Below, piece by piece: positions 50,290 through 62,632 of a stretch of DNA of 64,000 nt (the first letter of the stretch is position 1; every line of letters begins with the position of its first letter). The notes below the pieces were generated by a model. That model was not told the origin of the DNA. It saw nothing but the letters and a program-made list of their open reading frames with translations, and searched no databases. Origin of the DNA: Microthyrium microscopicum (lineage: Eukaryota); contig MU004230.1 of the NCBI GenBank assembly GCA_010405405.1, forward strand, positions 2,390,627 through 2,454,626, given 5' to 3'. The position numbers and the translations under genes were made by a program.

Positions 50290-51987
50290 CTATTTCACTT
50301 TGGCAGTCTTCCCTTTGGTCTCCTTGCCACCTGTAGGTTGTATGCGGGCCATCATCTCTTCCTTGGTGATCAAATGATCAATGCGCTCCAAGAGACCGAG
50401 AAGGCTCTTCATGTTGCCGCTCCATTCATTCAACACATCATCGGCATCGCGTGGTCGAGCAAAGCTGACGACACCAGCAGGACGATCGATTCGTGCATAG
50501 ATAGTCTTAGCTGTGACGAGTTCGCTGATGTACTTCTCGGTTTCATCTTCACTTAGATCAAGCAACTGTGTTAGTCGTTTGGTGTGGATGCGGGTGTAGT
50601 ATTTTGCGATGACGCGAACATTGTGTTCGATCACACGTTTGCGAAGGTCTTCCCAACGAGTGTATGATTTGGCGTCGCGTTTTGCTGCAGCATCCGTTTC
50701 GTCCTTCGCGAAGACGTCGGTTGTGCAGAGATAGGGCGCAAAGGTATCGCGAACCATAGGCCAGCGCATGAGTTCATGCAAAGTAAAGAGGCGGAGAAGT
50801 TGAGCCTCACGAGGAAGGTTGGAGTAGCGGCTGTCGGCTTTAATCCGATGGAGAAGATCGGATTGTTCGTTGTCGTAGGGTGCAAGTATAATGAAAAAGG
50901 CGACCCGTTGTAGAGCCTGCATTTCAGGGTTAGCTATTTCTTGGAGCGAGTGAATAAAGACCTACGGCTTTGAGTTGCTCTGGATTTTCTTCAACAGCTT
51001 CGGTGTCCAAGACCTGTCGATAGTGCTTGCACACTTCCAAGTACTTGCTGTCATGTTTCGATAGCTCAATCTGTTGCTCATAATATCGAAGCTTGAGATC
51101 CGTAACATCATCCTCAGGTTCGACAGGAGGATCGTCTACACTTCGATTCTTTTCCTTCTCCTCACGCTCCTTTTGTTCCTTTGCCATTTGCTCAGGTGTT
51201 CTCTTAGGCTTGCGCGCAAAGTATCGTGTACTAATTTTCCGACTAAGGATCGCTGCCTGTGTCCAATCGCCCTTTTCGATACAGAGTGAGACTTGTTCAA
51301 GAATGAATTCGGTCTTCTCTCGGCGCGTCATGGAACCGAACGTTTCGACCTGAAGTTCGCATAGAATGTCCGTGGCCGCAGTGATATCTCCTTGTTGCTT
51401 TTTGATGTCTGAGAGTATTCGGGTTACGCGGGCTCGCTCAACTTCCACAAAGATCTAACTTTGTTAGCGATGATGTTTCTTGTGGGAATATAGGTCCACC
51501 ATACCTTTCCTTCTGTTACAGTTCGGAGTGTCTCGATGGTCTGCAACTTCTTCTCCATGGAAGGCGCATCATCCAAGAAACCCATGACAACTTGAACCAT
51601 CTTGGTGATGGCTTGTTTGAGTTGACCATGTTTCTTGGACAAGAGCAAGACCTGCTCGTTCAGCAAAGCCCAGTCGCCGCGTTCCTTACATATTGTGACT
51701 ACGCCAATAATGACACGGGAGGTGGATGGAAGGTCGGAAGCCTATGAGGGGTTAATGTTTGGTCGTAGTGAAATGAGGGAGGGTATGGTACTTGGCGGGT
51801 CTGTTTTTCAAGAAGTAGCAGCTTCTCGATTGCAGCAGTGAGGTTAGACTGCAAAGTGGGTTAGATGATGCGACAAGAAATACAGATACAGTAGTCATAC
51901 ATGTGCTAGCTTCTCTACCTCTGGTAGCTGTGCATCGACCTCTTTGGAGAAGTCTTTGTCAGCCTTGAGGACAGTACCGTCTGACAT
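50290..51987 (-). CDS. RPN5: 26S proteasome regulatory subunit Rpn5 (PSMD12); 5 exons
   Basis: MSDGTVLKADKDFS start, LSKKHGQLKQA, IFVEVERARVT, LQVETFGSM, PCI domain RVIEHNVRVIAKYY and HLITKEEM. Confidence 0.96.
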
Positions 51988-52510
51988 GTTGACAATGGGT
52001 GGGGTGTCTGTGGTGGAGATGCGAAGACTTGGGGATTATGGTGAATTATGATGGAGAGAGGAGGAGGCGCGGTTCTTGAGGATTAAAGTTTCAAGATGAC
52101 GAATGAAGCCGGGCTATATTATTGTTGGAAGTTGTAGATGGACAGGAGTGGCAGTTGCTAAGAGCTTGAGAAGTTGAGATGCATGTGGTGTTGCTCCTGC
52201 TCTTGCTCTTGCTGGCGCGGCAACTGCGTGTGCAACTGGCGCCTTGCCTACCAGATTCTTACTCATACCTTGCTAACCTTACCAAGCTAGACACGGCTAC
52301 TCCCGCTCCTGGAGAACAGGGGCAGGGTTCTTCCAATTCAAGTCTTAACCACATCATACAGCTGTCAACTTTCTTTGGGAGCTTGAACTTGATCAGTAGT
52401 TCAGTACCGACTTTCCAAACTTCCCTCTTCTTACGGGCATACAAGTCCCGCTACCTCTAATGCACTCATAGAACCTAGCTCTCATCTCTCCCTTTGGGGC
52501 CTCCAATACA

Positions 52511-54217
52511 ATGGATGAAACGTCTCCTCCCGAGTCGTCCAAGGCCACGACTTCCACTCAAAAGCAACCACCACCAGAACCCGTCGATGCAATCCGAACG
52601 CGCCAACTCGTGATATTTTCCTTTTGGGCAATCATACTGTTCCTAGGTCTACCAACATGGTGGAAAACCACGTCTATATACCGCGCTCAGCTGCCTCTAC
52701 AGCTCATGGAGGAATGGGCAGATGGGAAACAATGCAAGCCTACGTTTCCGCTACGGATAGCAGTAGAAGCGACTCCTGGCCCTGCATCAGTATCGGCTCC
52801 TCCAATGGCACCTCGTATTCTGCAGCATTTAATCAAGAATACCCAACATGCTCTGGATGACTTGAACGACTTCCCCATACACCATATCCGACTGCTGACA
52901 TCAGAGCTGTCGACAACAACATCTTCAGAGTCCATAGACCCTGAATCTGAAATTATGATACCGATACCAGACGATATTGCGCTTTTAATGAGACTGATTC
53001 CAATTGGTAATGGTCAGCCACCGAGTGCTAAGCTTCATACATACTCCCCCGTCCTCGACGTCTTTTATTCCTCGAACATGATACCAACCGAAGGCTCTTC
53101 ATTCACCTCCCCACTTGCTATGTTTATTGCGAAAGAGCTCCAAAGTATCTTTACCGAAGAACAGGCTACCATTGCACATGCTCTTAGTATGACGTCTTGG
53201 GGTGCACCTAATAAGAATCGTCCTGAACTTGCGGAGTCTCTTACAAAAAGGTCGACTCGATCATTCAAGTATGCTCCGGCATATTATATCACATTCTCCC
53301 TCTTCACACCCACCAGTGTCCCATTCGACTGGGATATTGAAGGCGCCTTGGAGAAGCACATTACACCTCTACTCAGCTCCCTCTCTTCGATCAGCAACTT
53401 TACTACCGACTCCCAAGTCCAGCTCTACGCCGGTTTCACACCTTCAATTAAGCCAGAGTATGATGCAGACAAAAACTCATGGTCGTTATCCAGAGATGAT
53501 CTGAGCGGCTTCATCAACGCCGCAGAATGGCCACTCAGTCCAAACATGGGAGCCGGCCCAACAATAAACTTCATCCTATATGTCCCCGCAGCACATCAAA
53601 GCCCTCTAGTCGTAAGACATAATGAGGGCGGTGATCCATCGAATCCTGACAGGTCAAATAGCTGGCTTATACCACAATGGGGCGGCGTCCAAATCCTCAA
53701 TCTACACAAATCTTCTGCAGGCGTCATATCCTATCTCACCAAAGATGATCTCGAATCCTCCATGCGCACATTCTCCACCCAGCTACTCTCTCTCCTTGGC
53801 CTACCAAACTCACCAAGCTCTCTACCTATGCGTCTCTCTACATTGACACGTGTGCATGCGGCATCGCTCATCTACTCCGCCTCCAGCACGATTGGTGCAT
53901 TGGCACGTTTGACCAGAACGCTTCCGTCGATTGCTATCCCTAATCAGGTTGCATCATCAGTCGATCGTTCAATCTCGCATTTGTCTGCCGCGTGCTCAAG
54001 TCTTAGCAATGGAAAATTTGCGAGTGCGTTGGAAGAGGCGAGGATTGCTGAGCAGGAGGCTGAGAAGGCTTTCTTTGAGAGGTCGATGGTGGCTCAGGTT
54101 TATTTTCCTGATGAACATAAAGCTGTCATGTATGTGCCACTTATTGGGACGATTGCGGTGCCGTTAGTGACTTCAGCGGTGAGAGAAATAAGGCGGTGGA
54201 GAAAAGGCGGGAAGTGA
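52511..54217 (+). CDS. GPI17: GPI transamidase component PIG-S/Gpi17
   Basis: LGLPTWWKTTSIYRAQLP, FINAAEWPLS, SWLIPQWGGV and AFFERSMVAQVYFPDEHKAV followed by a C-terminal TM segment. Confidence 0.95.
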   Translation: MDETSPPESSKATTSTQKQPPPEPVDAIRTRQLVIFSFWAIILFLGLPTWWKTTSIYRAQLPLQLMEEWADGKQCKPTFPLRIAVEATPGPASVSAPPMAPRILQHLIKNTQHALDDLNDFPIHHIRLLTSELSTTTSSESIDPESEIMIPIPDDIALLMRLIPIGNGQPPSAKLHTYSPVLDVFYSSNMIPTEGSSFTSPLAMFIAKELQSIFTEEQATIAHALSMTSWGAPNKNRPELAESLTKRSTRSFKYAPAYYITFSLFTPTSVPFDWDIEGALEKHITPLLSSLSSISNFTTDSQVQLYAGFTPSIKPEYDADKNSWSLSRDDLSGFINAAEWPLSPNMGAGPTINFILYVPAAHQSPLVVRHNEGGDPSNPDRSNSWLIPQWGGVQILNLHKSSAGVISYLTKDDLESSMRTFSTQLLSLLGLPNSPSSLPMRLSTLTRVHAASLIYSASSTIGALARLTRTLPSIAIPNQVASSVDRSISHLSAACSSLSNGKFASALEEARIAEQEAEKAFFERSMVAQVYFPDEHKAVMYVPLIGTIAVPLVTSAVREIRRWRKGGK

Positions 54218-54811
54218 TGAGGTGGATGGCAATGCTCTATTCACATCTTATTGATTGATCCTCATGGTACAGTGCTGGCTCGCACATCTTTCAGGATGAA
54301 TCATAATAGTTCCAAGTACCATGACTCCCATGTCATGCTATGGTTACTCATTCTGAGACCGACCTACCCAATTACCTAGGTCCTTATCAGGCTTGAGATC
54401 TTGAGGTTCAAATAGCTTCAACAACAGGCTCATGCACGACAATTGCGAATGGTGGGTTGCAAGACGGGTGTCCAGAGGACACTGCCAACTAGTCGTGGCT
54501 GAGCCGTGAACATATTGCTCCTATTGGAGGAGATGGGTGTGGTGGCGAAGCCAACCGAGCCGCAGCCTCGTCAGCTGGAGAGCCTTCGAAGCAAGACGAC
54601 GACCGGCCTCATGGAGTACGATTGGCGCCTCTTTATAGATGCTGAAGGTTCGGAACCATCAGCTGCGTAAATGCGTTCATCATCAAGTACGCTACTCCTC
54701 AATATATAAATTTCGAAAAGTTAGCAGTTTACTTCTTTCTAGCTGGATCTCGCTGGCCATCCCTGACTTGGCTAAAGAACATCTCGCCAGCCTTGATACA
54801 ACGTAACAACA

Positions 54812-56420
54812 ATGCCTTTTCGTTTGGACCAGTGGCGGGCACGGCGAGGCTCCCTTCGTTGGTACTCTTTTTGGCTTTCCATAGGCTTCTTAGCTGTTTC
54901 GCTCTCGATCTCAATCCTAGCTCTGTTCCTTAGAGCGGTTGTAGCAGTCGAGATTTTCGACAAAAGTTGTCCTCCGCTGAATTTGATCGCTAGGCAAAAT
55001 GAGGAATATACCTGTCGTCCAAGGCACCTTCTCGTTTGGGAAACATGTTCCAGAATCGTCCATACAGCAATCACGCTGACATATCGAGGATGCTTGAGAG
55101 CCTGTGGAGTTTCGGCAACATCACCTTCCTCATGGCTCACAACATTCATGACTTGGATAGTCCCCTTGATGGGCCTGCTCGGAAGCCTTCGTGCGGCCCA
55201 TTTCACAAAACTCGATCTTAGTGACAGCTTGAAAAACCGGATACAGGCAAATGTATCCAAACCTATAATATGGTGGCCTCTTACGGAACCGAGAAAAGTG
55301 CTAAACAGAGGTGGTACTCCCTTTTACTGGCATTGCGTAAGTTCCAACGTTCTGTTCCAGCTCATTGATAGAAAGAATCTAATTATAGCAAGCGCGTATG
55401 TTCTGCTCACTTGCAGGTAGAAGTCAAACAAAAGGATTTTTCTATTCTTCACCTGCGTAGATCTGTTTCTCCTTCTGAAGATCATATTGCAACGATCAAG
55501 GATGAGCTTGATCAAGTGAACAGATCTAATAATCCTGATTCTAGCGAAAATGTCAGCTTGTCATCCTCATCTCTTAGCTCGTCTGAGCCAATAAATACAC
55601 CAAGCTCGACTTCCAGTGGTGAACAAAAGCGTCCAGCGACTACCTCTGGGCGTTCGAAACGGAGAGATTACCCTGAGCCGTCGTATAGCACGGCTGACGG
55701 TGTTTCACCAGAACACCTACAGGCGAGATGGCTTCACTGGTGTGTAGACGCTAATCTTACAAGGCTTCATGAGATATGCGTGCAAGGCTTGACCGAAGCC
55801 AAAAGAGGCAAAGACTTGATTAAAGAGCTGGTTTGGAGCTATCGGCGCTTGCGAGGCATCCGCTATTGGTGTTCACTTACAGATTGCGCCGGAGTCAGAT
55901 TTGTCAAGGTAAGAAGTTTCTTTCTCTTTGCAACGAAAACATTGAATCGGTCTAGATTGCTCGGCTGCGAGACAACGAGGACTATATTGTTTGCGACCCT
56001 TCTGCGGTCTCACTCACGGCTATAAGAGACTCTGGTCAATACGATATACAATTCGACTTGACTGGAGATGAGAAATTACATCTTGAATGGGTAGAAACAA
56101 ACCTATCTCACTATTGGCTGCAGCATCGCTACATAACCGATGCAGGAGTGGACGATATTTTGACCTGGCTTCCTAAAAAGATGCGAAGTTGTCTGGAACT
56201 GAGGGCGAAATCAACAGGATGGGGAATACGAGCAATTCAAGGATGGTCTTTGTTCCGTTTTCTGGTTGCCTTTGCCGTCTGCATGGCATTTGGTCTTTCT
56301 TTCTTCATCGTATGGCTGACAAGACACCCCGGAGATCTTCAAAACGCGTCTGTACCCTTCTTCATGGTGTTGGCTGCGCTGGCTGGGTTTGTAGCTATTC
56401 CCGACTTGTACATGGGGTGA
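54812..56420 (+). CDS. Uncharacterised fungal membrane protein; introns at about 55338-55417 and 55909-55955
   Basis: Two canonical introns join three ORFs in frame. Motifs IIWWPLTEP...FYWHC and WLPKK...GWGIRAIQGWS, plus two C-terminal TM helices around WLTRHPGDLQNASVP. The start codon is uncertain. Confidence 0.7.
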
Positions 56421-57019
56421 GCCACTTTAAATCGCCTTTTTGATAGAATTGAGAGAGGGCGTCGCTGGCTGTACCACTCCATTGACATACTGAAACCAAT
56501 GCTTGCAGAATATAGGCACTTAGGGTTAGTGAATACTTAATCCATTCACTACACCACCAGTACTCGCTGGGAGAATCGAGAAGCCTAACCAGATGTTCGG
56601 ACACGATCAGTGAAGTTGCTCCAAGAGCTCGCACAATGACCTGAATTATGTCAAGACAAGGATTTCCAGCTCGAATATGTTCTTGCCGTCGCTCTAGTGT
56701 AAGTTATAGCAACTCGCGTAAACGAGTCATGGTATCAGCTTACCCCATTACTCGGGAATTCATTCAGACCTTGGCTCCGTCTTTCATTATCAAATGAAGC
56801 CAACCAATAAACGAAATAACTGGCGTGCCCCCAACAACATCCATGGCTCTCACCTGACACGCTCCGGTATCAAGCGCATTTAGTAATGGGCGCTCGGCAA
56901 TCCGAAATATAGCATCTTTTGTTTATTAATGTTTGTATGAGCCGTTGTATTTGACATCAATTTGCCTATCGCTTGAGAGCTTTGGAGGATCTCAATTCAC
57001 ATCCCAATTCTCCTTGGTT

Positions 57020-58394
57020 ATGCTTTGGACGTTGCTGATGGCCATCACATGGCTATTGACAGCCAATGTCACCTCTGGCCATGCGTTTGTTTTCTTTCTG
57101 TCTAGCAAGGCCACGACAGGTTATCAAGGTGGAGAATTTGGGGAACGATATCATGATAGTAAGCATACCTTGGTCGCTCAAGATACTAGGAAACTGTACA
57201 GGAAACCTGACAGCATACCGATTCGGGTAAGTAAGGAATGTATCTCCATCATACGAGCTTGCCACTAATATGACCATCAGCTCATACTGTGAAATTTACA
57301 TCCAAGATATTCTTAGGGTCCCCTCCTCAAGTATTGGAGATGTTGGTGGATTTGAACTGGGGTCGTATGTTGAGACACTTTCCCTGCTGAACTCGCGCCA
57401 GCATTCTGATCGATCTCAACAGCAACAATTGTACCTTCATCGAGTTGTGAATACTGGTGCATTGATCGGCATCAGTTCAACTCCAGTCACTCTTGCACCT
57501 ATCGGGATATGCAAAAGCGAGATAGTCTCCATTATCGCCCTGCTCTTGGGACTTTCCAGGGCAATTGGTCAATGGACGTTGCCCACTTTGGATCTTTCAT
57601 TTTACCCGATGTGCAATTTGTCGAATTCGATAGGATCGATGGCATATTCACCTACTATCAAGGATATGATGGAGTTCTTGGGTTCGCTGCGTTTGATCCC
57701 AAGATACCAAACAAGCCATGGAATCCCATAAGAGTTCTGGTAGCGGAAAGGCTTCTTGATCGCAACTTGTTCGCTCTGCTGCTTCCCGCCAATGGCGCAG
57801 ACGGAAATTCCACGGACGGCGAACTGCATCTGGGAGCGGTGCCCGAGTCATACACTGACTCTGATCGATTTTTCGTGACAGTACCCATCAATCCACGCTC
57901 CTACAAAGTCGACGCCTGGCTAGGCAACATGGCATTCATATCCTATCAATATGGATACGAGCAGTTCAACAACAGCTTCATCGCATTCTCTCTGGTCGAT
58001 CTACCCCTTCTGCTGCCAACGGAACATGCCAATATGATCAATGCTGCTATCAACGCTCATGCTGGAACCCCGGTGGACTGTAACAAGCGGAGCATTTTCC
58101 CAAATATCACTCTTGACGTTGGAGGCTCTGAGCCGTTAGTACTCACTGGCTTTGATTATGTTTATATGGATGGTGGAAAGGGCTGTAAGTCGATGGTGTC
58201 TACTATTGACAATCTTGAAGAGGAACGATTCAGGAATGTCACCGTATTTTTTGGCTCGGTCGCTCTTCAAAGGTGGATGACTGTATTTGATCTGGATGAG
58301 AAAGAAATACGACGTAAGTGTTCCGCCTGTCACAAAAGCCAAAGAGACTAACACGGAACTGCGACTAGTAACTACGAGAGACCATGATCCCTAA
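57020..58394 (+). CDS. Secreted pepsin-like (A1) aspartic-protease-fold protein with degenerate catalytic motifs; exons 57020-57230, 57281-57364, 57423-58313, 58369-58394
   Basis: Signal peptide and pepsin landmarks IFLGSPPQ...LVD, VPSSSC...C...FNSSHSCTY, DGVLGFA, GELHLG, VDCNKRSIFPNITL and FFGSVALQRWMTVFDLDEKEI. Confidence 0.8.
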
Positions 58395-58624
58395 TGTCTT
58401 TCATAATCCTATATCTCGTCGTGTCCCCTTTTCATAGGAAGAAAGGGACAGGCCTTGAGAGGCATAGCCTCTTGTAATGGTAGGATATCATATTTTGCAA
58501 AATGAGTGGAAATTGAAATATGTTTTGTCGATTCCACATCTTCGGTAATCTATGGGATAGATATGGGTACAAGACATATGCTCATGGACCTTGTGAAAGA
58601 AACCAAGGATAACGTTGTTCGCAC

Positions 58625-60390
58625 TCAAAAGATAACCGTCATTCTCGGCTCATGAACCTCGTCGTTAAGTGGTTCAAAAGTGAGGCCGTTGACAGCATCT
58701 GAACGCGTCTTCCATATAGGTTGTGCTTGTTGAGGGAGAACCAGCTGCTTGTCTGAGCCTTGTTCGCCTAAGATGTCTACAGTCCTGAACAAAATAGATC
58801 CTGTATGGGTGATGTTTTCTGTTTCCAGAAACAGAGATCGAATGGCTGGATCTTCGGAATTTGAGAACCATGGGGTTGCTCTGTTCTTACACAATATTTT
58901 AGATGATATATTGTCTTCCAGTGTGATTCGTGACGTTCCAGAGTTCTCAATGATTGTTGTTGAGCTTACTTCAGCCGGTTCAAGTTTGGGGCCGTACATT
59001 GTGACCGTAGGAGTACGTTTCCTGCTACTATTTCGCAGAAAGTAGACAGTGCAAACTCTGTCGATCAACGATTCAGTGGTCGTGGTCAGGCCCATAATGA
59101 AAAGACATTCGCCGTATGCAAACAAGAGATACGACACATTCATGTAGGGTCAGGTATACATCTATGAAGAGTAATTGATGGTATACCATTGATCTGGGTG
59201 GAAACTAGGTATGCGTAGTCTTTACGATCTGAGAAAGACCGTGTTTGATCAATTGAGAGGTAAAATATCCGGTTTATAAGATGCTTTTCTTTCGGTAATT
59301 GGTTGGCTTTGAAGTAAAGGACGGCTGAAGGACCATGTCTAACAAATCGATCTGATTTACTCTTGTGTCCCTCCAAGTGAAGAACAACAAACTCATCTGT
59401 TGTTTGTCGAAATCCAAGTAGAACATAGTATCGGTGCCCGTAGTTTTGCTTATGCTCATGAGTGATGGAAGCGTCTTCCCAGCTAAATGATGTTAAACGG
59501 ATTGCTTGGACCGTAAGAGAGGGATCATCTCCACTCTTGAGAGTGTCTTTTAGGCTCGAGTATGCCCAGTCATACGCTGAATAGAGCTTGCTATGGCTCG
59601 AAGCAGGGGCGAAATCTTTGGGTGATTCTGCGAGGACAGATCCATTCTCTTGAGAAGCTCTGAAAGACTTCTTGACTCGGCGCGAGCTTGCCTCTGAGGA
59701 TCCCCAGCCGAGAATCGTGAAGTCGCCAGTGGTAGTGAATAGTTGCTCTTGGAGTCGTCGGAATGCTCTTTTGCCTTCTCCGTAAAGTAAAGGCATATTC
59801 ATCTGAAACATACCGAGTAAACAATAAGCAATATCTTCAATCCTGGTTGTAGTGCGATCCGCTGCCCAAACCATGCGATCTTCAACCGTGTATGAGAACA
59901 TGCTTCGTTGGTGTGTCAAAACTACAATAGGTATCCCGCTTACCAAACTGATAGCTTCAGATAAATCGGACTTGGTTCCCAGTGCTCTCCAGTCTTTGTC
60001 ATAGAATTCGAGCTCTTCAGGTGCCAGTAATTCTTGTAAAGTCCAGCCTCGTTTGAACCAGCGAGACCTCTTGAATTGATCAAACCACAATTCCGAGTCC
60101 AAAGACACATCTGCAAGAGACACATAACAAGCATGCGATTTCCGATACCAGTCGATATTCGTGGTATCATCCCACACCCATTCATATCCATTTTCAGCAG
60201 CAGTTTTGCAGAAACCTTTGAGTTTCCCTGCTCCTCTCTTATCAGCCCATGATTCTTGGGAATTTGCAAGATCCCGATATAGAATTTCTTCTTCTTCCCA
60301 AGTATGAGACAAAATAGCGTACTGAGGAATGTCTCGCTCGTTGAAATCGGTGAGTTGAAAGCTCTCTGTGTTGAGTAGTGTCCTTTCCGT
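58625..60390 (-). pseudogene. HET-domain (heterokaryon incompatibility) gene, apparently disrupted
   Basis: LLNT...IPQYAILSHTW, SRWFKRGWTLQELLAP, RMVWAADRTTTRIEDIAYCLLGMF and MPLLYGEGKRAFRRLQEQ. There is no in-frame ATG before LLNT, an internal deletion at about 60150, and a frame change to ORF 58625-59143. Confidence 0.8.
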
Positions 60391-60973
60391 AGGCAGAGCC
60401 GCTTACACTTCAAAGAGCGCAGGAGAGAACCAGAAGCTCAATTTGTTCTCAGCTTCTCGCGAGAGCGGGCAGACTGAGGTGGGGTATTAACAACTTGAAG
60501 TTTGCAAAATAAATGGCGCGCTCCTATCAGCCTTGTTGGCTCCCAGACGCCACGCTCTCCTCTGAGTGCTTTATTTGCTATAGAGGGCGTTCGTCCTTGA
60601 GTGATTTATCGAGTACGATGGGAAATAAAGCAACTCTTTGCTGACAGCGCTGGTGGCGGTCATGAGACTTTATTTTGCTTTGCCGAATGGGGCATGTCAG
60701 ATTTAATCAGCATGGTGACATCGCTACCCCTTTTAAAGCAGGTAATAGAGCACTGATAGATCCTTTAAAAACCTCCAGCTATCGCTTAAATACCAGACTT
60801 GAACGAATTGGAATAAACATCAAGTTGACTGGTGCAAAAATGCTGCCGAATTAGGGAATTACATTAGCAAAGAGTTTTTCGATACCCAATCATTTTACGA
60901 AACATGATATCCTAAAATTACAAGACATTGAGCCAGTCTCCGTTCCTTCATAACCTTTCTAGCCCAGTTCTCA

Positions 60974-62632
60974 TCATGTCGTTCTTCGGCGCATGCCAAC
61001 AATCAACTGGAGTGGTTTTCGTAGAAATCCTTCTCTCGTCTCCAGAGTGTCTTGCCGCAACTCAAACTCAAAGTTCTTGAAAACAGTAGCGCCAATCAAA
61101 GCCAGCTCCATCTCAGCAACGTTACGTCCCACACAGGCACGAGGACCATAGCTGAATGGAATGAAAGCATTCTTCTGGGCTTCCGTGACCGTTTCCCAAC
61201 GCTCAGGACGAAATTCGCCGGCATCGTCGCCCCAAATCTGCTTCGAGTGGTGAATCGTGTACGCAGGTACAGACAAGACTGTTCCAGGTGGGAAATAATG
61301 ACCGTGAACTGTCAACCCTTCACCAACGACTAGTCGCGGCAAGCCAAGTGAAGATGTGCTGTGGATGCGCATTGTCTCCTTGATCACATTATCCAGATAG
61401 GGCAATTCCTTGACTTCACGGAAGGTCGGTACGCCGGAATTTGGGAGTGCCTTATCGAGCTCGGCCTGAAGTTTGGGAATGGTATGGGGGTTGTTCAGAA
61501 CATGAAAGAGCATTGCGCAGCTCGTGTTGGATGTCGTGTCCGAGCCGGCAATGAGTTGGGTAAGAGCTTCGGCTGTGAGTTCGTCACGGCCCATTGCATC
61601 ACCGTTGGCATCACGGCCTTGCATGAGGCGTGCTAGTAGATCAACACGATCAGTTTCGGGGCCAGCGAGGCGCTCACTGACACGCGCAACTGCAATACCA
61701 GCGAGTTTGGCCACGGCTTCTCGACCTTTCGAGAAGAAAGGGTCGGGAAAGTGTTTGGCGTATGGAACTAGAGATGGCAGGCAGCCAAGTGTACTAGGCG
61801 ATTATGAGTCATGATTAACTTGAACGACATTGTCGAACATACCCAGAGACTTCTCCTCTTCGATTCAGTACTTCTATCGCAGGAGCGTAGGTTGGTTTGG
61901 CGTCTGGTGTGAAACGCACTTCAGTGAGATCTTGGCCTCGTTCGAGCATTCCGAATGGCGCGCCGAACGCCAGATCTCCAATAATATCAAAGGCAAGGTA
62001 ATTGAGCCAGTGTAAGGCATCTAGCTCAGCAAAACCTCCTTTGGCGGTTTCAGCCATTTCGGTCCATCGTTTGAAGAACAGCTCGAGGTTAGCGTGCTAC
62101 GCATTATGGTCAGTCGCTCTCCTGAAACTTTTTCTCATGAGAGGACTTACCATGTATTGTTCAAACTGACCAATATTTTTGGCGCTGAAGGTATGGGAGA
62201 CTATACGCCGTTTTCTCGCATGGTCTGCACGATCTCTTGTGTTGAAAAGTCCGCGATGTATCGAGACAAATGCATCATAATACTCACTTTTAAGCGTTAG
62301 CTTGAAATTGAAGTAAAGTCTTCCGTGATTGAGTCGACCTACCTTTTGAGAAAGCCATTGCCGTGTCCATATACTATCTGGATGGCTTCTGGGTCTGCAA
62401 TCGATACGTGATGAGGTTGTAATCTAACTAAAGCTCCGTATTTCTTATGCGCTTCGTCGACTGACTGGTAGCGCTTTCCCAAACGGCATTGAATGAGCAA
62501 CCAGATGCTGGAGAAAGACGCGAGATGGGGACCGGGTATATCCCATAGAGATCGATTTCGAACATAAGGGAGAAGATAGTATAGAACAGGGAGTAGCAGG
62601 AGGGTGTAAGGAGATATCAAGTAGGATATCAT
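60974..62632 (-). CDS. bphA: Cytochrome P450 CYP53-family benzoate 4-monooxygenase; 4 exons
   Basis: YGHGNGFLKSEYYDAFVSI, LNRRGEVS, AEALTQLIAGSDTTSNT, ETMRIHSTSSLGLPR, PERW and heme motif FSYGPRACVG. Confidence 0.95.

Noticed and set aside
57270..57731. 153-aa ORF overlapping the aspartic-protease-like gene
   Set aside because: It is an alternative frame crossing introns. The pepsin motifs fall in the spliced frame.
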